From NCBI GenBank assembly GCA_951406725.2, contig OX597815.1:100006001-100070000 (forward strand): a stretch of DNA of 64,000 nucleotides, written 5' to 3'. Positions within the stretch are counted from its first letter, which is position 1; each line of letters starts with the position of its first letter. Source of the stretch: Octopus vulgaris (Eukaryota). The notes below the pieces were generated by a model that was not told where the DNA came from, did not search any database, and saw nothing but the letters and a program-made list of their open reading frames with translations. Made by a program: the position numbers and the translations under genes. This document shows, in pieces, positions 13,190-27,328 of the stretch.

Positions 13190-15000
13190 CTTTGTACAGC
13201 ATAATACTATACTGTGTTTTATTGCACTGGCTTGTAATCTATTGCATTCAACTGTAATGTATTGTCCTGTATCGCACTCTACTCTATAATATAACTGACT
13301 GTAATGTCTCACGATTGTTATATAAATACTGTGTGCAGTATATCCCTCTTGTGCATTCTAACGCATGGCTCTATGTTATACTGAAATATACTGTATTGTG
13401 CGTTTTGTATTGTGCTTGAAATAAACTCTTGTCTCGATATATAAGAAACAATGAATATATTGTGGTTGCGGAGATGTAGAAATATACGGTGATCGCTATT
13501 TGTTCGGCAAGCATCTCACAATATCGGTGAATGTAATATTCGAGGCACGAATCTCATTCAATCATGTGATAAATGGGTACACGTTATTGACAAACCACAA
13601 GAAGGATAAAATGCGTCTAACGTTTCCAGGAGTCACTGATGCGACGATAGATATTCGTGTGCCTTCGACATTGTGTGCCTAACACAAGTCAAAGAAAAGA
13701 TTTTCTTTCAGACAAAAAGATCACTCCAGTCTTCCATACCACAGGGTATATATGTTTAGTATGACACACAGCCGACCATTTTATTCTAATACCGTTTCAA
13801 TTGTGTTCACCGAATTTCTTCTCTATTGCATCGTGCTGAAGAATATTCTATTCTGTTCTATGTTACTGGTTGTACTGTACTGGACTTTGCTCAAATACTA
13901 TACCGCATTATGCTCTACAGTAGTATTGTGCTATAAAGTGCTGTACCGTTTGGATGTATTGTATTATTGTATTCTATGACACTGAATTACATTCGTTATC
14001 TACAACATCGTTCTGTATTTTCATATATATTGTACCCTACAGTACGGTATTGCATTGTGCTGTACAGAACAGTAATATATTGTATTGTTTGTGTAGTTGC
14101 ACTGTACTGTAACTCACTTGTTATTATGTAATATTGATTTCAAATTTTGACACAAGGCCACTAATTTAGAGGAAGGGTGTAGTCGATTATATCGACCCCA
14201 GTGTTCAACTGGTACTTATTTCATCGACTCTGAAAGGATGAAAGATAAAGTCATCATCGGCAGGATTTTAACTCAAAACGTGAAAACGGACGACAAGCCG
14301 CTAAACATTTTGCCCGGCATATCGTATTGTGTGGTTGTGGAACAGTTACCGTGAGTTACAGTATAAAACATTAACCTCCATAAACAGCAAATCTGTGTCT
14401 CCTTTCACAGATGCAGTGACAGATCGTGTGGCTGGGGAAACGTCTGCATTAAGGACAGTAACTCCTCGAACACACTCGTATTTAAACCCCTTTCGAGAAA
14501 AGAGGAATGAAAATGATGTACAAAAAGACCTAAATTACCTACACTACACTATAAACTGTTTTGTTTTGTTTATTTGTTTGTTTTTCTGAAGCATTTTGTT
14601 GGTTGTTTGTATTTGTATTATAGTCTCTGTAGTCTTCACAGCCATGCAGCATTGCACTGTACTATACTATACTCTATTGTATGGCATTTCAGTGTACTTC
14701 GCTCTGTTGAAGCATTGTTTATTGTGCCATACTCCATTGCACTCTATTGCATTGTACTCTACTTAACCTGTACTGTATTTTATTATTTTGTGCTCTATTA
14801 TCTTCCCGTAATGCATGGTAATGTACTGTAATATATTTTCTTATGTACAATATTGTTCTCTGCTATATTGTATTGCCTTGACAACACCCTATTGTTTCGA
14901 CAGTGCTCTACTCCATTCTATAATACTATATCGTATTGCACTATCCCCTGGTATATTCTACTTTGCAGTACTGCACTCTGCTCTAACATATTATGATATA
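13190..15000. repeat. Degenerate pentamer (CTGTA/ATTGT-like) tandem arrays, interrupted; also at ~10975-11040 and ~11880-12030
   Basis: Runs of tgtac/tattg/actgt units. Confidence 0.7.
14135..14325 (-). mobile_element. tRNA-derived SINE, family A
   Basis: Reverse copy of ...gagttcaaat..gtcgactttgcctttcatcctttcggggtcgat..aagtaccag...ggccttgtgccaaaatttgaaa. Confidence 0.8.
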
Positions 15001-15079
15001 AACATTCCGCTCTCCTCGCCCTTATATGTTGTCGTTCCTTTTTTCTTTCTTGCTGTTGGTGCTTTGTTTCAATTAATTA

Positions 15080-15615
15080 TATTTAATCAATTATTTAACT
15101 GTGAAGTGTTTTGATGACTTTCAGACTAATTAACACAAAATTCGTGTTTTTTTTAAATATATATTCCTTTTATTTAATTTACCGCCTGATAAAGTTCTTG
15201 ATGTTATTTATATTTTTTCGTTTTTGTTTTGTTTTAGTTTGTAGAAGCAGCATTTATTTAAATATCAAACGCTTATTTCATGCAATGGCGACGAAAATTA
15301 AAAATAAAGAAAAAGGAAATGTGAAGATTACAAAAGAACACGCCGAGTTACGGAAAATAATGCCAGAATTTAATGATGGTATATTTAGTATTAGTATCGA
15401 CCTGGCTTAACCTTCGCTCAAACATTCACTTCCTAAATTTGCTACTGATCTCTCTGTAAATTACTTGTGTCTAAAAGAGAAACAAAGATGGTGAAAAACT
15501 TCCATAATGGCCGGCAAATGTGTTAACAACCAGCTTGACGCATTTTCCACGAGGCCTAGCTACATAATCACATAGTCACTGTACATGTGAAATACCACCT
15601 CTTTCCCGCTCTCTT
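15080..15615. repeat. Copy 2 of the local duplication with a conserved core
   Basis: See 12130-12650. Confidence 0.9.
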
Positions 15616-16204
15616 TCTTTCCGTTTCCCCCTTCTCCCTCTCTCCCTCCCTCTCTCTCTCTCTCTCTTTCCCTCTATTTGTCTCTATCTTCTTACATCTT
15701 CTACTTCTAAAATATCTTTATTTTCTTCTTGTACCTTCTTCTACCATTGCCTTTTCTGTTTCTTTTTTCTTTCGTTCTTCGTTTACACTCCTTTCCACTC
15801 CAAATCAGCGTCCAGTACTCTTCACTAACAATTTAGCTCCATGCTTACCTCCCTTCCCCGTTTGCTCATATATATAATGCAATATTATGTGTGCGAGAGA
15901 GTGTCTGTGTGTGAGTGTGCATATGTGTGCGCATGTGTGTTTGCATATGTATGAGTGGGAGAGGTTCAACTAAATGGACAACAGTGCGTCTTGCCTTGTT
16001 TATTGAATACTTCTTTCCTATTCTATCTCTTTCTGGTTTCATTATACCCCTTACTAAATTATTTCTAACGAATTCACTCATTCCCTCTCCCCACCTCTCT
16101 CTCTATATATCTATCTCACACACACTGTTTTTCTATAAATACATACATACACACACATATATGTATAATATGTATACATATATACTGACATATACATAAA
16201 TGTG

Positions 16205-16344
<140 letters not shown>

Positions 16345-16377
16345 TATATAAACGTACATGTATGTGTATATATATGC

Positions 16378-16429
<52 letters not shown>

Positions 16430-16432
<3 letters not shown>

Positions 16433-16790
16433 CTTCCCAACCAAATTGTTTCGGGTTCAGTCCCACTGCGTGTCACTTTGAGCAAGTGTCTTCTACTATA
16501 ACCAACCAAAGCCTTGTGAGTGAATTTGGCTGACGGAAATTGAAAGAAGCCCTTCATATATATAGATATGTGTGTGTGTGTTTTTGCGTCTGTGATTGTA
16601 CCCCCATTCTCCACCATCGCTTGACACCCAATGTTGGTGAGTTTACGTTCCCGTAACCTAGCTGTTCGGCAAATGAGTCGATAGAATAAGTACTAGGCTT
16701 ACAAAGAATAAGTCCTGGGGTCGATTTATTCGACTAAAAGAAGGTGCTCAGACATGGCCACTGTCAAATGACTGAAACAAATAAAAGAAT
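16430..16790 (+). mobile_element. SINE family B, near full length
   Basis: B box, body and 3' part ending gactgaaacaaataaaaga. Confidence 0.85.
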
Positions 16791-16801
16791 ATATACACAC
16801 A

Positions 16802-16862
<61 letters not shown>

Positions 16863-16931
16863 CAAAAAATGCGAATACATGATCAGGAGCCCATATAACA
16901 TACAGACAGGCAGACAGGCAAGCAGATGGGC

Positions 16932-16964
<33 letters not shown>

Positions 16965-16969
16965 TAGAC

Positions 16970-17042
<73 letters not shown>

Positions 17043-17349
17043 TTATGTATCTATAGTAATGTTCGTGTTTTTTAGTCATGTTACTTTTTAACTTAAACAG
17101 AAACATTAAATAATAATTTTATCAGAGTACATATCTATTAGGTTTTATAGCGAAAAGGTTAGCAGTGACTTTCAAGTTTAGTCTATTGAAGGCGAACAAA
17201 ACGAAACTTCGAAGTTACTAACACTCTTCCTTGTAAAACTTTATATATATATACACACACACATTCATACGTATGTATATTAAAGTATAGGTATGCGCAT
17301 ATATATAGTGATATTTATATACGTAAATATGTATATATACATACATATT

Positions 17350-17464
<115 letters not shown>

Positions 17465-18849
17465 ATGTATGTATGTATGTATGTATGTATGTATGTATAT
17501 ACGTACATGCAAGCATATTCATAGTTATATATGCATATATAAGTCATATATATGAAACGCATATTTATAATAGTGTGTGTATATGTATATATATATGCAC
17601 TCATACATGTGTACATATGTATTTCTCCCTACTATTTTGTACCCTCTCTTGCCCAAATACATTCTATACTCTCTCTTACTCTCTCTCTCCCTCCCTAAAT
17701 ATGTACATACAAACATATATATGTATATGTACACGTACATACTGACATATGCATATCTATGTATGTATATATAAATATATATATATATACATATGTATGT
17801 ATGCACATGCACACACATACATAGATATACACTTTTTGTACGTCTCTCTCTTCCTCCTCTTTACCGTCCCTCTGTCTCTCTCTGTCCCACTCTCTGTCTT
17901 TCTGTTTTTCTATCTCACTCCCTACATCACTCGTCTATCCACCCCTCCGTATCGAGAAAGAGATGTACAAATGCAGTAAACGTCGGCGTGGCAGATGTTG
18001 TAAATGTAAGCACCGACGATTACTGTAAATTGCACTTTCATGACATATAAAATACTTAAATAGCTTTATACTAATCAAATGCTCAGATAACATGTTAGAC
18101 TGTGAAAGACATTACATGCTTTAAACCAGTTATTACGAGTCGTCCGAAAGGGGGCAGGCAGGTCTTTAGCCAGTATTTCCAGTTCCGCTTTTCGTGTGAA
18201 ATCATGGCGGTGAAAAATGAACATATTTGGTCGACTTGCCAAACAAGCCAGCAATTACGAAGGCAACAAAGTCACGATAACAAACGGCAGGCCATAAGGA
18301 AATCACTTTTAAATTTGCCATTTTACAAAGATCTGCTCACTTAGCTGTCCACACGCAATCAGATCTCAGATCAGATGATTCTGCTACAGTTAAGACACAC
18401 ACTACTCCTTCTATCCAATCATTCAATTTAGTCTCTAAGTCTGTGTGTATGTGTGTGTGTATGTGTCTGTGTGTTTATGAGTGTTATGTCTATACAGATA
18501 CATACATTCATACATATACACACACATATATACAAATATACATATATACATATAACATGCGTACATACATGTGTACATATATACATATATACGTACTTAC
18601 ATACATGCATATGCGTGTGTGTATATTTGGTGTACTTTTGTTTTTGGCTTGTTTGCTTCTTAGCCTTTTGTCGTTCTCTTCTGCTTTTTCCTGTCTTTCG
18701 TCTCGTCTTTTATATTCCTCTTTCTGCTCTTTTCCTTATTAGCATTATTATTAGAATTATCAACATTATCTGTATTTTCTTTATAATCCTCCTCTTCTAC
18801 CTTTGCTTTTTCTCCTTCCTTCTTCTGGAGGAGGATTGGCACAATCCTT

Positions 18850-19040
18850 TTTGAGATGAAATAAACACCGAACGGTAGTATAATTCTGCATTTTTCGTTC
18901 TGAGTTCAAATACCGCCGACGTCGACTTTGCTCTTCATCTTGTCCCGGATCGATAAAATGAAAGTATCTAATATTGGGGTCGATTTAATCGCCTATATAC
19001 CTCCCCACGAATTTTTTGCTTTGTACCTACGTTAGAAACA
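18850..19040 (+). mobile_element. SINE family A
   Basis: gttctgagttcaaataccgccgacgtcgactttg...gtcgatttaatcg. Confidence 0.75.
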
Positions 19041-19357
19041 ATTATTTATTTTATAATTTATGCGCCCTTTTGGAGTCTAGGTAGGCTCATGGGCCCGGTT
19101 TCCCGGTTTCTATGGTGTTTCCCCCTGCTGGACGGGACGTCATTTTATCGCAGCGTTATTCAAGAAACAAGAAGAAAGAGTGAGAGAAAGTTAGGGCGAA
19201 AGAGAACAACAGGGGTCGCCACCACCCCGTGCCGGAGCCTCGTGGAGCGTTAGGTGTTTTCGCTCAATAAACACACACAACGCCCGGCCTGGGAATCGAG
19301 ACCGCGATCTTCCGACCGCGAGGCCGCTGCCCTAACCACTGGGCAATTGCGCCTCCA
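19041..19357 (-). mobile_element. Full-length tRNA-derived SINE, family C, with a 13-bp TSD
   Basis: Minus strand begins GGAGGCGCAATTGCCCAGTGGTTAGGGCAGCGG...GGTCTCGATTCCC (tRNA-like A and B boxes); flanked by TACGTTAGAAACA at 19028-19040 and 19358-19370. Confidence 0.85.
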
Positions 19358-21680
19358 TACGTTAGAAACACTAACTATTATAATTATTCTAAGTTCGCCG
19401 AGGTCATATTTACCCTTCATCATTTCGGGGCCGATAAATTAAGTACCAGCTGAGCACTGGAATTGATGTAATCGACTTACTCACTCCCCATAAAGTTCCT
19501 GACCTTGTGCCAAATTTTTAAATCATTATTAAATCTATTCTAGATAGCTTTTGTTCATCTGATCAAATTTCTTCGTTATAACATGCCATAAACATAAACA
19601 AATACAAATACAATCCCTACATACATATATCCGTATGAAATGTAGACGTAACCACACAAATACATTCATATACATAAAAAAAAACACGCGGAAATACAAA
19701 ATCATAAACCACCACAGCACATGCACACATAGAGCACACACATACGCACGTACACATACACATACACACACACACACACAGATAGAGAGAGAGGGAGAGC
19801 CTCATATGCAAATACATTATCTTCTAAAAGGAAAACACATATACAGAACGCTGAACATGAAAAACAGCAATAACAATAATAACACAAATACTAGAAGTAA
19901 TAACAACAAGAATAAGAAAACCGAACAATATCGAAAATAACATTTACAAAATCTGTCATAACGTTTTTAAGCACAAAATCAGCAGTTTTGGGGGGGCTTA
20001 CTCGATTGAACCAACCCTAGTATCTGACTGGTGTTTTATTTTATCGACTCCAAAAAGATGACAAGGGAACAGAAAATTAAATAATTAACTTCATTAGCAT
20101 ACAGCTGTTTCTGCAATTAGATCCGGTGCACTCAGATCTGAGTATTTGTGTATCACGTTATAGCTTCTGTGGCGTCTCCATAAACCAACTTCTCAAAGTG
20201 TTGGTCAGTAGAGAGAGCTTGCTAAGGTGCCGTACTGTCAGAATCAGTCTTGTGACTATAAACTGAATTTATTGTACACACGTTTATGTCTACATCTATA
20301 AAATATTGGAGAATTTCCATGAGACTTGCGAATAATCACCAAGAGACAGTAGATGTTAAAGGACTCACGAGTATGAAGGTGTTGACTGTATGTGGTCCTC
20401 TCTGGAACTTTCATATGATAGTGAAAACAAAGACCGTCTCGTAGACCGGAAATTGATATGGAAGATGAGATAGTTATTTAGAACGACTCTGTTACTGATT
20501 CGTCCAAAGGATACAGCGGCCTATCTAATTGGAGTTAAAAATCTAAACATCCACTGTACAATATTTAAAAATGATGCATCCTACGTATCTGAATAGATAG
20601 GAAGCGAATCATGAAAGTTGTACTAAGAAAACTAAGAGTGGGGAAAGCAATCAAGTATACCATTGACAATGGTCTCGGTTTTCTGCGCGTTATCACAAAT
20701 ATTTTTATACATGCAGTAATAGAAACGAAGGTAACAGTTCCTGGTTTTTAGCCACCAAAGTAGAGTTATAAGAAGAATACTGTGTGTAGTTGAATCATAT
20801 ATACTGTTCTGAGTTTCTTGGTGGTTTCCAGCCATTTCATACGCACACGCACGCACACACACATTCACACATACACACAAACTAACACACGCTCAGAAAC
20901 ACATATACTGGCACACATACATAAATACACATTTATAAACAAATAAATAGAGTGCACTCACGCGCAATGAGACGAACACATCTTCGAATACATACATACG
21001 CACGAACATATTACTCTAAACATAGACACACACCACACAACTACACTCAAAAGCACATATACGAATACATACCTACAGGTAAGATACACACATACAAATA
21101 CATACACACAAATACTCTTAAACATACTCTTGGACATATAAACACACACTAGAGACTTAGCAAACTGACTCGAATATTCGCGGGTTCAATTTACATAAGG
21201 GAAATCAATGAGAACCATTATAGAGGTCCCTCAAGGGCGATGACGAACCTGCCGCATGCTTTATATCAATGTGTTATAAAAGGCTGATTAACTGCGAGAT
21301 AGAAAGGGGAAGGAGGAGAAGGAAAGGGAGAGAGGGAGAGATTATGAGGAGGTGAGAGAGCTGTGCAGTGGAGGAAGATATTGATTAGGTGTGGGGGAGA
21401 AATTGAGAAGGTGAGGATATCTCTCATACAGCGTGTAAACAGAGGGTTTTATATCTATATCTACATATATGTGTGTGTGCGTATACACACACATATGTAT
21501 ATATACATATGTGTATATATGTATGTATATATATATACACATATACACACCCATTTACATATGCAAACACACACACACGCACGCACACACACACACACAC
21601 ACACACACATACATATATATGTTTTATTTTGATCCAGTATTTCTTTCCTGAGACCACTTATCTTTATGTATGCATGTATG

Positions 21681-21720
<40 letters not shown>

Positions 21721-22229
21721 CATATATGTGTATATGTGTGTAGATAGATAGATAGCTAGCTAGATAGACAGATAGATAGATATATATATAGATAGATAGA
21801 TAGATAAACAGATAGATAGATAGATAGATAGCTGGATAGATACATAGATAGACAGATAGATAAACGTAAGCATATGCACTTTAAACATGTATTTATGTAT
21901 GCATTTATGTTTGTGTGTGCGTGCGTGCATGTGTGTGTATGTGCGTGTGTGTGAGTGTGCGCGGGCGCGCGCGTGTGTGTGTGTGTGTGTACATACACGT
22001 GCACAATTTTCGAGGGAAAGAATACATTTATAAATGTGTAATGAAATATATGGGGTCCCAGGAAAGAAATAGTGGAGTAAAATGAAGCATTTGAAGAAAC
22101 CCGATAAAAACCCGAATTACTGTTGATCTCTGAGCAAGATATATCTTGAAGAAATTTAGCAAGTGTTGATGTACAATAGCGATTAACCAATTGATGAAGG
22201 ACGTTCGATGTTTCTTTGTTTTCCTTTTT

Positions 22230-22440
22230 TTCTCTTTTCCTTCTTCCAGTCATTTGACTGCGGCCATGCTGGGGCACTCCTTTGAAGGGTTTTAGTCGAA
22301 CAAATCGACCCCAGGATTTCTTTTTTTAAAAGGCTAGTAGTTATTCTATCGGTTGCTTTTGACGAACCACTAAGTCCTGGGAACATAAACACACCAGCAC
22401 CGGCTGTCATGCGGTGGGCGGGGGACAAACATGTACACAA
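22230..22440 (-). mobile_element. SINE family B, 3' half
   Basis: cagtcatttgactgcggccatgctg...gtcgaacaaatcgaccccagg. Confidence 0.8.
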
Positions 22441-22494
22441 AGACTCACACTCATAGTTATATGCACACACACAGAGACACACACAGACACACAT

Positions 22495-22573
<79 letters not shown>

Positions 22574-22587
22574 CATATACATATATT

Positions 22588-22990
22588 AGGGCGGCGATCA
22601 AGCAGACTCGTTAACACGCCGGGCGAAATACTTAGCGGTATTTCGTCTGCCGTTACGTTCTGAGTTCAAATTCCGCCGAGGTCGACTTTGCCTTTCATCC
22701 TTTCAGGGGTCAATAAATAAGGTACCTGTTACGCACTGGGATCGGTGTAATCGACTTAATCCGTTTGTCTGTCCTTGTTTGCCCCCTCTATGATTAACCC
22801 CTTGTGGGTAATAAAGAAACGGGTATTTCGTCTGCCGTTACATTCTGAGTTCAAATTCCACCGAGGTCGACTTTGCTTTTACATCCTTTCGGGGTCGGTT
22901 AAATAAGTACCAGTTACGCACTGGAGTCGATGTAATCGACTTAATCCCTTTGTCTGTCCTTGTTTGTTCCCTCCATGTTTAGCCCCTGCC
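22588..22990 (+). mobile_element. SINE family A, head-to-tail dimer
   Basis: ggtatttcgtctgccgttac.ttctgagttcaaattcc.ccgaggtcgactttgc occurs at ~22637 and ~22822. Confidence 0.85.
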
Positions 22991-23074
22991 GGCAATATAA
23001 TATATATACATACACACATACATACATACATATATACATACATATATATATATATTTATATATATATATATATG

Positions 23075-23121
<47 letters not shown>

Positions 23122-23496
23122 TCCCTATTCCCAAAATAGCTAGTCTAAGGGAGATAACCTGTCCTCACCAACGCCGGACCTTTTATTCTCTGATGATCTT
23201 TTGAACAACTGACCGTAACAACTTGTAACCTCCGAGAAGTGAAGAGTTAAATTTGTCTTTGTATAGAGTTCGATGAGCTTTCCTCGAAGCTCTATGACCA
23301 GACTTTAACTTTGTTGCTTTAAGATATATATCTATATCTATATCTATATCTATATCTATATATATATACATATAGTAGTAGTAACAGAAAAGAGGAATTT
23401 CGGTTGTCCCCACGTCGTGGATTGTAATGAATATAAGAAAAATAAAAATAAAAACGGAAAATACGCACACTTACATGGTTATAGTATAATTTTTTA

Positions 23497-23533
23497 TGTA
23501 TCGACCGGTTTCGCAATCGCTATTCATGATACA
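23497..23533 (-). ncRNA. Degenerate minimal hammerhead ribozyme motif
   Basis: Minus strand: TGTATC-ATGAATA-GCGATTGC-GAAA-CCGG-TC-GATACA; 6-bp stem I and palindromic CCGG, but two changes in the CUGANGA box. Confidence 0.5.
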
Positions 23534-23719
23534 ATGTTTAACTTATATATTTTCTTAAGAAGAAAATAAGTCCATGTTGTTTATAATGAGATTTCTTTTA
23601 TATATATATATATATCAGTAATAACAAAGGGTAAAATTAATTAATTTAAAAAGTAATCAATAATTTCACCAAGTAGAGTTCGACGTAAAAAAAGGACCAT
23701 TTTATGCTAAACTTAAGTA

Positions 23720-24076
23720 ATACTAAATAATTAGGATTCAGCAAAGATTTGCTTTACCATATACCGAAGCTTAGAAATAGCAGCCAAAAAACGTTAGCTA
23801 TTTCTTCTACTTAAAAAGGGACTCCCAGAAAAACCAAAATACTTGAAAGCAATCCACACGAGCAGAGAGGAATAAGTAACGAAAATCAATCATAGGTAAC
23901 CAGATATTGATTGATTTTCGTTGCTTCTTCCTCTCTGCCCGTGTGGATTGCTTTCAAGTATTTTGGTTTTTCTGGGAGTCCCTTTTTAAGTAGAAGAAAT
24001 AGCTAACGTTTTTGGGCTGCTATTTCTAAGCTTCGGTATGTGGTAAAGCAAATCTTTACTGAACCCTAATTATTTA

Positions 24077-24080
<4 letters not shown>
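23720..24080. repeat. Long fold-back inverted repeat (~173-bp arms, 15-bp loop)
   Basis: 23720-23892 is the reverse complement of 23908-24080 with few mismatches; it ends in (TA)n. Confidence 0.95.
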
Positions 24081-24145
<65 letters not shown>

Positions 24146-24379
24146 CTTTTATTCTTTTATTTTTTTTACTTGTTTCTGTCATTTTAATTGCAAACATGCT
24201 GGAGCACTCCCTCGAAGGGTGTTAGTCAAACAAATCTACATTTTTTTAAAGCCAAATACTTTTCCTATCGCCTCTTTTTACGGAACCGATATGTCACGGG
24301 GAAGTGTGTCAAGTAGTTATGAGGGTGAGACAAACAGACACAAAGGGACACACATGGATATATACATATATATATACAT

Positions 24380-24433
<54 letters not shown>

Positions 24434-24453
24434 CCTTATATATCAATATCAAA

Positions 24454-24554
<101 letters not shown>

Positions 24555-24583
24555 TTTGATATTGATCTTAGCCATAAGGCTGA

Positions 24584-24625
<42 letters not shown>

Positions 24626-24845
24626 TGTCTGGCTGAGTGACCTATAGAAATTAAAATTGTGAAACAGAGAGCGGGAAGGTCCGTGGAATGACGAGGAACA
24701 TATAATGTATACACAAAGATAATACTTGCAAAAATGTCTAGTAGCTGTATGTTGAGTGGGTGAGAGAATTATGCGTAACAAATTGGGAGACAGACACAAG
24801 GAATGGCATTGAGATAGAGAGATACATACATACATACATACATAC

Positions 24846-24876
<31 letters not shown>

Positions 24877-24922
24877 CATACATACATACATACATACATA
24901 CATACATACATACATACATACA

Positions 24923-24964
24923 TGATGGCCGTCCACTCGTGACCGAGGAAGACCATTGCCGACC
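24923..24964 (-). mobile_element. Tiny retroelement 3' tip (possibly RTE-type) embedded in (ACAT)n
   Basis: A 42-bp GC-rich island inside a pure (ACAT)n tract; family assignment is from memory only. Confidence 0.4.
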
Positions 24965-25035
24965 TACATACATACATACATACATACATACATACATACA
25001 TACATACATACATACATAGGCATGTAGTTAGGTAT

Positions 25036-25122
<87 letters not shown>

Positions 25123-26474
25123 GCAGGCAGGTAAGTATTAGATAGAGACACAGAGAGAGAGGGGGGAGAGGACTTAATTAAATAGATATCTAAAGAATGT
25201 CACAACGAGATGAAAGGAAATCCCCATATAAAAACACAAATACAAAGAGAAAGACTAAGTGACAACATAAAAGAACAAAAGATACTGTGCAGACAAAGGC
25301 AAACGCCTTGTTATTTCTGTTTTTCTTAATCTCCTCCGTTGCTAACCGTTCAACTTCACACGTTATTACACCGTAAAGACTTAGTAAGAGAATTGGTCTC
25401 ACATATTAGAAATCTATTGGAGAAGCTGTACAGATTCCATAGTTTATATGTTAATTGCAATGATTTATGCAAACGGCCCCCGCAACGCTAGCAAAATAAA
25501 TTAATTTTACGCCTTTACAATTTCAAGGCTAAATTTCTTATTAGAAAAAAAGATTAAGCAATTAAAAATATACATAATAATATTAAATAAATAAATATAT
25601 AATAACAGTTGTAACAATAATAACATACAAAAATGCACATGAGCAACTGATGTTATTGGCTATATTAATTGTGTACCTCTGGATATAGTATTTTCAAAAC
25701 GTTAATAATTAATTTCAAATTTTCAAATTATGTTCTTGACACCAGCAAAGTTATTATCTCCATTATTGACAGAAATTTAAGTTGATTATTTACCAAGGAA
25801 GAGAGGGGGAAAGAAGCAAACATGGCTGATAAGACCAAAGCAAGCTGGTGAAAGAGAAAGAGAGAAATGAGGGGAGAAACGGAGAGACAGAGAGAGAGAG
25901 AGAGAACGTGAGAGTCTACAGCGACACATTATTGTGGAAAGGATTGTGTAAGTAGATGATAGATCATCGAAAACAAAATCCAGAAGTGAACAAACCCTGG
26001 TTTAAAATAATCCAAATTATGTTCAGATATAATTTAATGCTTTATCAGTAACGGAATATGTACAATATGGCAAGATATTTTATGGCATGTACCATACGAG
26101 TGCATTCCCTTCGCACGACAGCAATTATTGCCATTGTCGTTATCGTCCCTGTCATCGTCGTCGTGTCGTCGTTGATGTTGATGTTGATGTTGCTGCTGCT
26201 GCTGCTGATGATGATGATGATGAGGAGGAGGAGGAGGAGGAGGAGGAGGAGGAAAAGAAAAGAAGTAGTAGCAATGCTGATGATGATGGTGGTGGTGGTG
26301 GTGGTGGTGGTGGTGGTGGTGGAGGAGGAGGTAGTGATGGTAGTAGCAGTGATGATGGCGGTGATATTCACGAAGAATCGAACAAATACAGTAGGATTTT
26401 TAAAAAAGTGAAGTGAAAAGAAGGACATTTTATCGGCTAAAAGTTATTCAAAATAGGTTAATATTACGGTATGT

Positions 26475-26695
26475 TAAGACGGCAAGCTCGCAGAATCGTC
26501 AGCACACTGGGCAAAATGCTTAACGGCATTTCGTCCGTCTCTACATTCTGAGTTCAAATCCCGCTGTGGTCAACTTTCCTTTCCATCCTTTTGGAGTAGA
26601 TGAAATAAGTACGAGTTGAGCACCGGAGTCGATATAATCAACTTAGCCCCTCCCCTGAAATTGCTGGCCTTGTGCCAAAATTTGAAATCAATATC
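26475..26695 (+). mobile_element. SINE family A, full length
   Basis: aagacggcaagctcgcagaatcg...ctgagttcaaatccc...ggccttgtgccaaaatttgaaa. Confidence 0.85.
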
Positions 26696-27220
26696 AGGTC
26701 ATACTACTAAGCTCCGACTACTGAAAGTATTAATGATGTGTAAGAACACTGTATTTCATTATGCAACCATAAAATATTACAAAGTATATTAAACGTTTTT
26801 ATAAGTCAATACTGTGTTCTACTCTGTTAGCAGTGCTATTACATCACTTGTTAAGGTTATCTCTACGGAATTTTTTTGGGGGGAAAGTAGAGCCAGATCT
26901 GATTTTGTTACGACGTTTCATATCCGAGACGCTTGATGTAAACAACAACGACATCTTCACTATTTGATATTATGTCACGAAGCCTACAGCCACAAATATA
27001 TTGTAATTGCATAAGGATGAGAGGAAGGTCAAAGATGTTTTAAGGTCAAAGTCAATGGCAAGGTCATATATAAATGTGACAAACCCTGAGTCAATGGAAT
27101 TTAAAGGCTTAGGAAATATTAACCTTTGTAAATGAACAAACAAAATGAACAAACAAAACTTATAATGAACAGAAACGTTTGACATGGTTTTTTTGTCGAT
27201 AATTGAAATATCTTACGGAA

Positions 27221-27328
27221 ACAATGGACGTCAAGAGAAACATTTTAATTTGTCAACAATAGACGTCAAGAGAAACATTTTAATTTGTCAACAATAGACG
27301 TCAAGAGAAACATTTTAATTTGTCAACA
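27221..27328. repeat. Minisatellite, 3 x 35 bp
   Basis: acaat(g/a)gacgtcaagagaaacattttaatttgtca at 27221, 27256 and 27291. Confidence 0.95.

Noticed and set aside
15111-15410. ORF ending KGNVKITKEHAELRKIMPEFNDGIFSISIDLA as a duplicated exon
   Set aside because: The frame is not preserved upstream in copy 1, there are no shared splice sites, and identity is uniform rather than codon-patterned.
19288-19356. tRNA gene (also 63582-63648)
   Set aside because: It is the tRNA-like head of a SINE with body, tail and TSD; there is no complete acceptor stem.
26087-26416. Poly-D/E/G ORF resembling a transcription-factor low-complexity region
   Set aside because: It is a compound trinucleotide microsatellite open in several frames, with no domain or splice evidence.
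27221-27328. 35-bp repeats as a CRISPR array
   Set aside because: The units are contiguous with no spacers, the context is eukaryotic and there are no cas genes.
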